Positions 1-8,344 are shown, counted from the first letter of the stretch. The stretch: DNA of 20,014 nucleotides from Deltaproteobacteria bacterium (GCA_032128375.1 JAQBGU010000028.1:1-20014), one strand, 5' to 3'. A program made the numbers and translations. Notes: generated by a model from the letters alone, not told the origin.

Positions 1-1
1 G

Positions 2-190
2 CTTGTCGCGATCGCTTTCGGCAACCACGCACAGGACGGCAGCATCGTCCGATTCGATCTTGGCTACGACCTCCGGGATTCACTGGTGCTCGGAGCTGGG
101 ATACTGCTGTTCCAAGACGGTGATCGGATTCCATTCAACACGATCTCCCAAAACGATCGGTTTTTCTTCGAAATCAAGTACAGCTTCTAG
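2..190 (+). CDS. 3' end of an outer-membrane beta-barrel protein (possibly DUF1302-like), partial
   Basis: Not in the ORF track. Frame 2 is open from the window edge: LVAIAFGNHAQDGSIVRFDLGYDLRDSLVLGAGILLFQDGDRIPFNTISQNDRFFFEIKYSF*, TAG at 188-190. Alternating hydrophobic beta-strand pattern and a terminal Y-x-F beta-signal. Confidence 0.7.
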   Translation, partial: LVAIAFGNHAQDGSIVRFDLGYDLRDSLVLGAGILLFQDGDRIPFNTISQNDRFFFEIKYSF

Positions 191-208
191 GAGTCCACGC
201 CCGACTCC
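190..208. terminator. Short hairpin between convergent genes (possible weak terminator)
   Basis: GGAGTC (190-195) pairs with GACTCC (203-208) around a 7-nt loop, between stops at 190 (+) and 229 (-). No clear U-tract. Confidence 0.25.
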
Positions 209-228
209 AGTGATCTCTTTCAACAGCT

Positions 229-1119
229 TCAATGGCCCAGCAGATCTGGGGACCAGACGTCCTGATCGCAGCCGCTGGCTGTGTGTCCGGCAAACTTCCA
301 GTCGGTGAGGCTCATCCACGCGAACATTCCCGGTGTCGCCTGGTTGGCGAGTCGGCTCGTGCAGCGACCCTCGGCCTCGATGTCCCGGCCGAGCGCGTCT
401 TTTGCATCGACCCGAACACGCGTGGGGTAGCCGGCTTCGCTCTCCAGGATGCGTCGCGTACCCGAAACGAGAGCCGCCTTCTCTCCGTCGCGAACCAGAA
501 ACCCGGCGACGATCGTACTGCTCGCGCCCACTTGAAAACCACCGGCCAGGAACATATCGCGGCCCGAGGCAATCGCATACGAGTAGCTGGCTCGGGTCGT
601 CCGGGCATCATCGCGGACGTGCCACGAGCGATCGCGCATGTCGAAGCCGTCGACGCAGATATTCTCGCCGCGCAGCCGCAGCGTCCCCGTCACATGGCAG
701 GGCTGATCGAGGTGGCCGCGCCCGCCGACGATCCCAACCGCATGCGGTGCCATCAGTCCGGTGTAGGTCAGGTCCAGTGAAATCTGGTCGCCGTCGGCAT
801 ACTGAACGCGATAGCGCGTCAGCGACTCGAGGCAGCTCAGCTCGAGACCACCGAATTCCATATCGGTGAGGTCACCCTCTGGCATCGGCAGATGCCACTG
901 GCAACGTCCGTACCGCACTCGCCAGGGCTCGTGGCCGCTCGCGTCCCAGACGAACACCCCCAACGAACAGACTCCCAGTACCGGGCGAAACAACGGGTAC
1001 ACCGTGCCACCGAGGCCGAGTTCAGGGACAGAGAAGCCGAACCAGGCGGTCTCGCTCCACGACGGGTGATCTTCGCCGACCGGGTGCAGGCGATCATCGT
1101 CCGCGCTGACTTCAGTCAC
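229..1119 (-). CDS. Conserved hypothetical beta-rich protein (tocopherol cyclase/AttH-like double barrel; DUF7064/7065-like)
   Basis: 296 aa with WSETAWFGF, GHLDQP..VTGTLRLRGE and MRDRSW motifs, recalled from a family often found beside APH-type phosphotransferases. GTG start overlaps the upstream stop (GTGA, 1116-1119). Confidence 0.7.
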   Translation of the reverse strand: MTEVSADDDRLHPVGEDHPSWSETAWFGFSVPELGLGGTVYPLFRPVLGVCSLGVFVWDASGHEPWRVRYGRCQWHLPMPEGDLTDMEFGGLELSCLESLTRYRVQYADGDQISLDLTYTGLMAPHAVGIVGGRGHLDQPCHVTGTLRLRGENICVDGFDMRDRSWHVRDDARTTRASYSYAIASGRDMFLAGGFQVGASSTIVAGFLVRDGEKAALVSGTRRILESEAGYPTRVRVDAKDALGRDIEAEGRCTSRLANQATPGMFAWMSLTDWKFAGHTASGCDQDVWSPDLLGH

Positions 1120-2171
1120 GGCGCATCCAGCACCATCAGGGTACGCGCGTGGTCGCGCAGCACCGGCGACGCGGCGATCGCCTCGCTACCCGCCCGCATG
1201 AATTCGGCGAGCCTCGGGTCGTCACATTTCGCTCGAGCCAACGCCTCCGGCATCAGGAACCGAAGATACAGGAGCAGGATTGCGTACACAGTCGTATTCA
1301 TGGTCCTCTCACCGGCGTGAGCCAGAGCCGCAAGGCACGAAATTGCCATTCGCAGCAGGACCAGCGCTCTGTAGTACTCGATTCGTGCGAGGTCGACTTG
1401 TAGTCCGCTTCGCTCGCTCCAGCGGGCCAGGTTCGCCGACCATTCGCCAAAGCCGCCGAGTAGCTGCCCTCGCACCGCGACCCACGCGAGGTCATCGAGA
1501 GGATCACCGAGGTGTGCAAACTCCCAATCGAGCAATGCCGTGACTCGTTCCCCTTCGAACAGGAAGTTCCCCGGACCCGCATCGCCGTGACAAAGACTGA
1601 TCCTCTCGCCGTTTTCCGGAGCGTTCTCGGCAAGCCATTGGCCGCCAAAATCGAACAGCGGGTCCGAAACCGCTACGCGCTCATTCAGTATGCGGCGCCA
1701 CAGCGCCAGGTCGGGGCCTGCACAATCCGCCGAATCGCGCGGGCGATCGATGCCCGGAAGCTCGAGGCGCTCGACGTCGAGTCGATGCAGGTCGGCGAGC
1801 GCTGCCATGTAGTCGCAAGCGATCTCACGCTGCGCATCGGCTACAGCCAGCAAGAAGGCATCAGAGCCAGTCGCGCGCTCGATCAGCAGCGCCTGGCCGG
1901 CGGGGTGAGCGGCCAGCAGGCGCGGCGCGCGTACCGGCGAGTCGCACAGCGCATGGTAGATGACCGCCTCGCGAGCGAGGTCGAGGACCGTGCCACTGAG
2001 CGGACCGTCGCCGGTATCGACTCTGAGCACCAGCGGTTGCGGCTCGCCTCCAGCGCGCTCGATTTCGAGAAGCCAAGTCGCGCGAGACGCTCCCGACCCG
2101 ACCCGTTGCGAGCCTACGATCGCGCCCCCCATCTCCGCCCTCACCCACGCTTGCAGTTCGCGCTCGATCAT
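1116..2171 (-). CDS. Aminoglycoside phosphotransferase (APH/choline kinase)-family protein, ACAD10/11 N-domain-like
   Basis: 351 aa. Gly-rich loop GSGASRATW, Brenner motif CHGDAGPGNFL, metal-binding LLDWEFAHLGDPLDDLAW. Confidence 0.9.
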   Translation of the reverse strand: MIERELQAWVRAEMGGAIVGSQRVGSGASRATWLLEIERAGGEPQPLVLRVDTGDGPLSGTVLDLAREAVIYHALCDSPVRAPRLLAAHPAGQALLIERATGSDAFLLAVADAQREIACDYMAALADLHRLDVERLELPGIDRPRDSADCAGPDLALWRRILNERVAVSDPLFDFGGQWLAENAPENGERISLCHGDAGPGNFLFEGERVTALLDWEFAHLGDPLDDLAWVAVRGQLLGGFGEWSANLARWSERSGLQVDLARIEYYRALVLLRMAISCLAALAHAGERTMNTTVYAILLLYLRFLMPEALARAKCDDPRLAEFMRAGSEAIAASPVLRDHARTLMVLDAP

Positions 2172-2378
2172 CCGGCCGCATCCGTCGGTGTCCGCAGCGG
2201 GTCAGACCCACCCGAAGGTTCTGTCGTAGACTTTCCCAGAACCCGGGATCCGGCAAGAGCACGCGCATTGACATGCGAACCAACCCGGGCTGCGAGCGAT
2301 GTCGAGGCCAGGCGGGCGGCTATCGACCACCGCGGCGCTAACCCGACCGCACGACACCCGGCAAATGCGAGACAAAAC

Positions 2379-2560
2379 GGAGCGGAGACGGACGTCGCAA
2401 AGCGGAACGTCGAACGGGTGCGCCGGTTTCGAGCCGCACTGGCCAACTGGAACCGAGACCACCCAAAGGGGCCCAGGTGAGTCTTGCCCACGACGGGCTG
2501 AGCGACGACGAAGTCATCCAACTCGAGCAACTCGGCTTTCTCGACGCAAAAACCCGCTGA
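2379..2560 (+). pseudogene. Possible frameshifted 3' remnant of a sulfatase-like gene
   Basis: GAETDVAKRNVERVRRFRAALANWNRDHPKG in one frame, then AQVSLAHDGLSDDEVIQLEQLGFLDAKTR* (TGA 2558-2560) in the -1 frame. One extra G in the GGGG run at 2468-2471 joins them. Resembles the sulfatase C-terminal 'E..NLA...E.V..LR..L..W ... L..E..EQL..LGY' pattern. Confidence 0.4.
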
Positions 2561-2698
2561 TGTCGGCGCAGCGAGACCAGATGAATCCGAATCGTGTGAG
2601 TCGCGCCACAGTTGATCGAGTCATCCTCTCCGCCCTCCCAAGTACGTTTACGTGAAACACGCAGTTACGTAGATGGCTGCGATGAAGACTCATACCGG

Positions 2699-3211
2699 CT
2701 ATAGAGGCGTGACCAACGAGTTCGGAACGAGCGCCGAATCGCAGATCGCCAGTTTGGACAGGAACAGCAGCCTTCCTTCGGCACTTCTCGTCACGCGGTC
2801 CTGGTAGCGTCCGGTCGCGTGACATGCGGTGTGGCGCTCTTCGAGTGTTTCGAACACCGCGAAATTCGCCGTCACCATCCAATCGACCGTCGCTTCAGCT
2901 GGATCCCGATTCGCCCGAATCCCGGAGATCAGGTGTCGCGTGCGACGTGGCAACGTGAAGGCGGTGTTTGCGATCGCGTAGACGCGATCTTCGATCGACG
3001 AACGTCCCTCACACAGGATCATCGCCAGCGGCAGATCGCGCTCGAAATTATCGCGTGTCACGATGCGGTAGATGGCCTGTTCGGCGAACAACGTCGGCCA
3101 CCGTTCGAGCGGCCCCTCATCGAGGTATTCCGCGTACTCGGCGTAGAGATCCTCGAGTTCGGTCCGCGAGAGTTCGGGCGCCGCTTCCGATCGCCGGGCG
3201 CCGTCCGTCAC
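2699..3211 (-). CDS. Aromatic ring-hydroxylating oxygenase beta subunit (NagH/AndAd-like)
   Basis: 170 aa. LYAEYAEYLD..LERWP.LF...A.YRI..R.N..R.LPLA, RTRHLISG, ANFAVFET, C-terminal CDS.LVPNSLVTPL. Overlaps the alpha subunit stop by 4 bp. Confidence 0.92.
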   Translation of the reverse strand: MTDGARRSEAAPELSRTELEDLYAEYAEYLDEGPLERWPTLFAEQAIYRIVTRDNFERDLPLAMILCEGRSSIEDRVYAIANTAFTLPRRTRHLISGIRANRDPAEATVDWMVTANFAVFETLEERHTACHATGRYQDRVTRSAEGRLLFLSKLAICDSALVPNSLVTPL

Positions 3212-4494
3212 AGCTCCATCACCCGGCGGTAGTAGCCGTAGAACGCACGGATCGCGCTTTCGGTTACGATGTGGTCCTGGTCGTCGACACCGCGCCCGCC
3301 CATCTCGAGCACCGCCGCGCCACTCGGGTCCGCTTCGATCCCGCGTTGAGCGATGTCCATCACCTCGCTGTCGTCGATCGAAACCAGGCCCGCGGGTCCC
3401 ATGAAATTCGCGTGCCGCAAGCGCCGAGCGCGCATCGGTTCGTCGTCGTCCGCGTAGCCGAAGAAAGTCCAGACCAGATCGAACGACGCGACACCACGTG
3501 GGATCAGCTGCCGGGTCGCCAGCGTATTGGCCTGCTGCTGGACGATCAGATTCGGCCAGATCGTCTGCATCACGACCGTCTCGGGGCCGTCGAATTCCTT
3601 GACGATATCAAGGAGCTTCGGATCCTTGAGCACCAGGTCTTCTCGAAACGAAGACATCTGTGAGGTCGCGTCGCTGGCAGCTCGAGCGCCGCCCCGACAG
3701 GATGTCAAGACGCTGTGCCGTCCCGTTTCGTCCATCTCCGTTCGCGATGGATTGTCGGCGCGGAACAAGCCGAAGGTCACCAGGAACACGTGCAGGAGAC
3801 TGGCGTGATACGGGTCCTTGATGTTCTCGAACATCAACTTCCAGTTGGCCGGAACCCGCTGCCGCGATACACCCAGTATGCGCAGCGCGCGTCCGTCGAA
3901 CACGCGATCGAACCAGCGCAGCATCTTCTCGCCGAGATAGCTTTCCAGGGGTTCGCCGGCCATGCCGCCGTTGTCAAAGCCAGCGAAGATCACGCCATTG
4001 CGGGTGGCGACCCGAAGCGGTGTCAGGCTATGCGCTTTCGCATCGAAATCGTCCGGCATCCCACCGCTGCCGGCGATTCCCTTTGCGAACGGGACAGCGA
4101 GCAGCCGACCATCCAACGCGTAGTTCCACTGGTGATACGGGCACTGAAAAGACCGCGCGTTTCCAAATGCATGGCGACACACCTCGAGGCCGCGATGCGC
4201 ACATTGATTCTGCAGCACAGCGACCGCGCCAGCGCGGCCGCGCACGACGATGACCGAGATCTTTCCAACGCGAGTGAGTTTGAAATCACCGGCCTCGGGA
4301 ATTTCTGCTTCGAGACCGACATAGCTCCAGCCCGGTCCATGAAAAATCCGCTCGAGCTCTCGTGCGTACAGGCCGGCATCAGTGTAGACCCTATACGGGA
4401 CGCGATGCGTTCCGCTGCTCTGCCAGAGCGACGAGGCGTCGGTCCATTCGGCTTCGCTCACACCCGTTTTCTCGCGCAGACTCGGACACGACAT
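3208..4494 (-). CDS. Rieske non-heme iron oxygenase alpha subunit, salicylate 5-hydroxylase (NagG)/anthranilate dioxygenase (AndAc)-like
   Basis: Rieske motif CAH...CPYH. Mononuclear Fe motif NWKLMFENIKDPYHASLLH and distal ANFMGPAGLVSIDD, both typical of the NagG/AndAc/TphA2 group. True start may be the GTG (VSEAEW) about 33 bp downstream. Confidence 0.93.
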   Translation of the reverse strand: MSCPSLREKTGVSEAEWTDASSLWQSSGTHRVPYRVYTDAGLYARELERIFHGPGWSYVGLEAEIPEAGDFKLTRVGKISVIVVRGRAGAVAVLQNQCAHRGLEVCRHAFGNARSFQCPYHQWNYALDGRLLAVPFAKGIAGSGGMPDDFDAKAHSLTPLRVATRNGVIFAGFDNGGMAGEPLESYLGEKMLRWFDRVFDGRALRILGVSRQRVPANWKLMFENIKDPYHASLLHVFLVTFGLFRADNPSRTEMDETGRHSVLTSCRGGARAASDATSQMSSFREDLVLKDPKLLDIVKEFDGPETVVMQTIWPNLIVQQQANTLATRQLIPRGVASFDLVWTFFGYADDDEPMRARRLRHANFMGPAGLVSIDDSEVMDIAQRGIEADPSGAAVLEMGGRGVDDQDHIVTESAIRAFYGYYRRVMEL

Positions 4495-4498
4495 TCAG

Positions 4499-5395
4499 TC
4501 ACAACAAACCCGCCCGATCGAGCACAGCGTCGAGACGCGCTTCCAAGACGGCGGACGCCGCAACCATCGGCAGCCGGTGTTCGTTGCGATCGATCGCGCC
4601 GATTCGCTTCAACATGTACTTCAGCGGAATCGGGTTCGTCTCGAAGAAAATCGCCTGCGACAGTTCGACGAGCGCGTTGTGGAGCTCACGCGCGCGCTTC
4701 AGGTCTCCAGCATCGACGGCTTCGCACAGCGATGCCACCCGACCCGGATCGAGGTTGCCCACCGCGTTCATCAAGCCGGCTGCCCCCATCATCAGCATCG
4801 GAAACGACAGCGACTCGAGCCCGACGAAGATCCGAAAATCGTCCCCGAGAGCGAGCAACAAGTCGGTTACGAATGAAAGATCGGTCGAGGCGTGCTTCAC
4901 ACCCGCCAGGTTCTCGCACCGCTCGCGAACCCGGACGAACGAATCGACTTCCATCGAGACCGCGGTGCGACCCGGAATGTGATAGATGAGCACAGGTATC
5001 TCGACTTGCTCGCACACCTTGACGAAGTACTCGATCAAGCCGGCTTGGGGAGGCTTGATGTAGTACGGGGTAACGACCAACAGTGCGTCGGCACCGGCAC
5101 GTGCGGCGTGCTTCGACAAGACCAACGTCTCGGCGAGAGACTGCGATCCGGTCGCGGCGATCACCGGCACGCGCGCGGCTGCGGTCGCGACGGCCAAGGT
5201 CACAATCTGGTTTCTTTCATCGACACTCAACGTACTGGGTTCGGCGGTCGTGCCGTTGACCAGAATCCCGTGGCTGCCACCCGCTATGTGATGTTCGATG
5301 AGTCGCGCGTAACCATCGAGGTCGATCGCATCACCGCGAAACAGCGTCACGAGTGGCGGAAACGAGCCTCGCAATCGCGCCAGCCTCTCGGTCAT
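4499..5395 (-). CDS. DapA/NAL-family class I aldolase, resembling Thermus-type HpaI (2,4-dihydroxyhept-2-ene-1,7-dioate aldolase) rather than true DHDPS
   Basis: Start reassigned to ATG 5395 (MTERLARLRGSFPPLVT), which overlaps the cupin stop (ATGA). GSHGILVNGTTAEP replaces DHDPS GTTGES. Catalytic Tyr (IYHIPGRT) and Schiff-base Lys (GVKHAS) present. Confidence 0.85.
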   Translation of the reverse strand: MTERLARLRGSFPPLVTLFRGDAIDLDGYARLIEHHIAGGSHGILVNGTTAEPSTLSVDERNQIVTLAVATAAARVPVIAATGSQSLAETLVLSKHAARAGADALLVVTPYYIKPPQAGLIEYFVKVCEQVEIPVLIYHIPGRTAVSMEVDSFVRVRERCENLAGVKHASTDLSFVTDLLLALGDDFRIFVGLESLSFPMLMMGAAGLMNAVGNLDPGRVASLCEAVDAGDLKRARELHNALVELSQAIFFETNPIPLKYMLKRIGAIDRNEHRLPMVAASAVLEARLDAVLDRAGLL

Positions 5396-6525
5396 TTCGC
5401 AAGTTCTCCGCGGTTGGTCGCAAAGCCCGAATCGACACCGAGTAGAAGCGGCGGCTCCTCGAGATTCTCTTGCCACAACAGCGATTCGAGCTGGATGTGA
5501 AACGGCTGGTCCTGCACAGTGAGTTCGTAGACAGGCCCGTCGTCGTTCGATGCGTGGTTGTGGATCGCCCACCCCGGGGCCGAGAACATCAGGTCACCGG
5601 CCGACCAATCGTAGCGTTCGCCATCGACGCGACTGAAGCCCGAGCCCGAGAAGTAATAGTTGATTGCCGCAGAGACGTGTCGGTGAGGGCGGTCGACGAT
5701 GCCGGGCGGGCGCACGGTCATCGTCGCGAAAAAGCTGGGCGTCGTGCCGTTTGTGCGACCGGTCATCGGGTTGTAGAGCAGATACAAGCGCCGACCGCGG
5801 TACTTCGGGCCGAGCGCATTGAGCTTGTCGAGTTGTTCGACGACTTCACGCCACGGCCAATGCAGCGCGGGCGAAGCGATCGCGGGTGGATTGATGAGTC
5901 GCTCGTATGGCATCAGCCACGCTTCGCCGTCGCCGACGCTGAATGACCCGAACGGATTGACGAGTGGATCGACGTCTGGCGGGCCTTTGTCGGCATTTTC
6001 ATTTGCGTTTTTGATGTGCTGCTGGTCGGGTGGCGGCGGCGAATCATCGACCTGATAGACGTTCAACAGTCTCAGTGCAGCGGCATTCGAATAGGTGAGG
6101 CGCACCTGCAGATCGCGGCTCGGATTGCTGTACACGTGGGAAGTCCAACCCGGATGGTTCCACACGTCGTACTGTTCGAACGCGACTTCTCGACCGGCGA
6201 CCTGGCTGCGGCCCGAGCCCGCGATGCAGAAATTCACTTCCGTTGCGTTGTGGCGATGCGGCTCGGTGCGCTCACCCGGTCGGAGTACCGAGAGGCGCAC
6301 CTCGATACCGGGCGCCAACCCGAGCCCGTCGTTGTCGGCCAGAGGGTGCACGATGCGTGCTTCGCGACGGCCACCAACAGGATGAGCGATTTCTGCGAGC
6401 CGCTCGATTTCGGCATCGATTTGCTTTCGTGCGATCACGATGGGCGGCCATTTCTCGTTGCCTGGCGCGGGTGCACTCGTGGAATCGAGGAATCGGGCTT
6501 TCGTGTCGGTATCGGTGTCGGTCAA
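5392..6525 (-). CDS. Bicupin ring-cleavage dioxygenase, gentisate 1,2-dioxygenase-like
   Basis: 377 aa, two cupin repeats: HRHNATEVNF...PGWTSH and HRHVSAAINYY...PGWAIHNH. LHWPW and LYNP.TG motifs as in the GDO family. TTG start inferred. Confidence 0.85.
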   Translation of the reverse strand: MTDTDTDTKARFLDSTSAPAPGNEKWPPIVIARKQIDAEIERLAEIAHPVGGRREARIVHPLADNDGLGLAPGIEVRLSVLRPGERTEPHRHNATEVNFCIAGSGRSQVAGREVAFEQYDVWNHPGWTSHVYSNPSRDLQVRLTYSNAAALRLLNVYQVDDSPPPPDQQHIKNANENADKGPPDVDPLVNPFGSFSVGDGEAWLMPYERLINPPAIASPALHWPWREVVEQLDKLNALGPKYRGRRLYLLYNPMTGRTNGTTPSFFATMTVRPPGIVDRPHRHVSAAINYYFSGSGFSRVDGERYDWSAGDLMFSAPGWAIHNHASNDDGPVYELTVQDQPFHIQLESLLWQENLEEPPLLLGVDSGFATNRGELAK

Positions 6526-6550
6526 CGTCCATCTCTCTTTTCTGCGACTT

Positions 6551-7567
6551 CTACGACGGATCTCGTGTGGCCGCCGGCCCGAAGACCAACGGTCTGGGTT
6601 CTGGGATAGGGAGCGGTGATCCGGTGCCGGATTCTACCGCTCGTCGGTAGATCTCGGTTGCGAGTGCCAGGTCGGAGATTCCCATGCCGAGCGACTTGAA
6701 CAGCGTCAAGTCTGCGCCCGCGGGCCGGCCGCCTTGCGAGGCGACCAGCTCAGACAGCGGCGTCACGCTTCGAAAGCTTTCGTCGTCCGAATAGAACGCG
6801 CGCAATTCACTGGCGAGCCGTTTGGCCGAGGGCAGGTTGTCGACCGCCACCACAGCGCAGCGCGCGAGCAGTTCAGGGTCGAATTCGCAACGTTCGGGTG
6901 TAATCGCGCCCATCGCGTTTACGTGCGCACCCCGAGCGATGGCATCCGCTCGTATGAACGGCTTGCTCGCGCGGGTGACCAGTGTGACGATGGGCGACGC
7001 GTCGATCGCGGGTCCGACTGCGCCGAAACCCGTCGCGGACAACCCCAACTCGTCGCCGATTCTGGCGACCATCGCGTCTCGGCGGTCGCGATCGCGGCCG
7101 AACACACGCACGCCTTCGAGCGGGCGTACCGCGCAAATCGCCGCCACTTGCGCGAGAGCCTGCTTGCCCGTTCCGCACAGCGTCATCTCACGCGCGTCTT
7201 GTGCAGCCAGCAGGTCGGTCGCGATCCCGGCGATCGCGGCGGTTCGCAACTGCCCGAGCGCGAACGCTTCGATCACCGCCAGCAGCTGGCCTGTTTCGCT
7301 GCTCCACAGGATCTCGACCGGGTTTGCTCCCCCCTTGGTGTGTACCCAGGTCTTGACCCCGCAGACGCCATCGCCTGGAAATGCCGCGCCGATGGCGTGG
7401 ATGCCCGCGCCGCCCTCGACACGCAGGTGCGTCTTTTCGAGGTTCACAGCGCCGGCAGTCGCTTCCTGTTGGAGACCACCGCGCAAGGCATCGATGGCGT
7501 CGGCGATCGAGAGTGCCTCTACGTCGCGTTCGCCAATCCAGCGCGGCCCGCTCACGGGGTCACTCAT
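6551..7567 (-). CDS. Ornithine cyclodeaminase / mu-crystallin family protein
   Basis: 338 aa. GVKTW, LGQLRTAA, Rossmann GTGKQA, GAHVNAMG, and LFKSLGMGISDLA family motifs. Confidence 0.92.
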   Translation of the reverse strand: MSDPVSGPRWIGERDVEALSIADAIDALRGGLQQEATAGAVNLEKTHLRVEGGAGIHAIGAAFPGDGVCGVKTWVHTKGGANPVEILWSSETGQLLAVIEAFALGQLRTAAIAGIATDLLAAQDAREMTLCGTGKQALAQVAAICAVRPLEGVRVFGRDRDRRDAMVARIGDELGLSATGFGAVGPAIDASPIVTLVTRASKPFIRADAIARGAHVNAMGAITPERCEFDPELLARCAVVAVDNLPSAKRLASELRAFYSDDESFRSVTPLSELVASQGGRPAGADLTLFKSLGMGISDLALATEIYRRAVESGTGSPLPIPEPRPLVFGPAATRDPS

Positions 7568-8126
7568 TGTCTACTAGCCCTACGACCCCGATCGGCGAAC
7601 CCACGGGCGGCTCGATCCCGATCGTATTGCAGACCGCCGCGTGTGCGAGGTAGCGACCCGTAGCGAGCAGCACACCAACGAGCATCGCGGGGCTCGAAAC
7701 AGCGGCGAACCGCTCGGCCGGCTCGCTCGATTCCCGACCCATCGAATCGACGACCGACAGTACCAGGACTTGCGCGGCGCGTTCGAACGGCTCGAGTTCC
7801 ACGGCGGTTGGGGGATCGAGCCGCTCTACCGCGCGAACCCACGCCTGTGAGAAGCCGAGCTTCAAACTGAGATGTTCGTGCTGCCGCCGCTCGTAGTCAT
7901 TGTCGAGCCGGGTCGACACGGTGAGCGCGACGAGTTCCATCAAACGATCGGGCAGCTCTCGCTTCAAAGCGTCGGTGAAGCGGATGAAGTGGCCGAGCGC
8001 CTCGGGCTGATGGGCTGCGACCTGAAAAAATTCACCCAGGTACCCCAGGCGCTCCACGCGCGGGCCAAGTAGATCCGCGAGTTCGGCGGGCAGCTGCTGA
8101 AATGAAATGCGGGGGAGCGGATCCAC
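7560..8126 (-). CDS. Carboxymuconolactone decarboxylase / AhpD-like protein (no CxxC)
   Basis: 188 aa, helical. LPDRLMELVALTVS.RL.NDYERRQH..L.LKLG matches the CMD core. GTG start preceded by GAGG. Overlaps the next gene by 8 bp. Confidence 0.8.
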   Translation of the reverse strand: MDPLPRISFQQLPAELADLLGPRVERLGYLGEFFQVAAHQPEALGHFIRFTDALKRELPDRLMELVALTVSTRLDNDYERRQHEHLSLKLGFSQAWVRAVERLDPPTAVELEPFERAAQVLVLSVVDSMGRESSEPAERFAAVSSPAMLVGVLLATGRYLAHAAVCNTIGIEPPVGSPIGVVGLVDNE

Positions 8127-8344
8127 GTAGAGCCTCGTTCTGGGTAGAAGGTGTTGTAGATCGTGTCGAAAACGGAGCTATCCGCAGCGTATGGACAGAT
8201 GGGAAAGTTGTCGAATAGGGGCTGCCGCTGATCATGGAAGTTAGTTCGGGAGAGGCATAATCTCTAATCGATGCCGACTGACCAACTTCGCGCGGATCTG
8301 AACAGCGGTGAGGCTGAGAAGAACGCTGTGCTCGGCGGGGCGCG

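Noticed and set aside
1116..2171. Aminoglycoside resistance gene
   Set aside because: Length, DWEFAHLGDP motif and context fit the metabolic ACAD10/11-like branch rather than resistance APHs.
1512..2480. Long antisense ORFs (also 3715-4989, 6734-7663, 8597-9481, 11315-12433, 17392-18345)
   Set aside because: They are shadows of well-supported genes on the opposite strand, as expected in high-GC DNA, and carry no family motifs. Only the 3' tip of 1512-2480 is kept as a possible remnant.
2168..2530. 120-aa minus-strand ORF whose stop overlaps the kinase start
   Set aside because: Ala/Arg/Ser-rich with no recognisable motif or RBS. The opposite strand looks more protein-like, and the ATGA overlap may be chance.
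5396..5572. N-terminal extensions given by the ORF track (aldolase; likewise WrbA from 9121, globin from 9899, FAH from 10674, UDG from 15027)
   Set aside because: They overlap upstream genes and precede the family N-termini. Downstream ATGs with an RBS or stop-start coupling fit better.
6503..6522. 6-bp repeat encoding TDTDTD at the cupin N-terminus
   Set aside because: Short in-frame low-complexity stretch with no evident functional signal.
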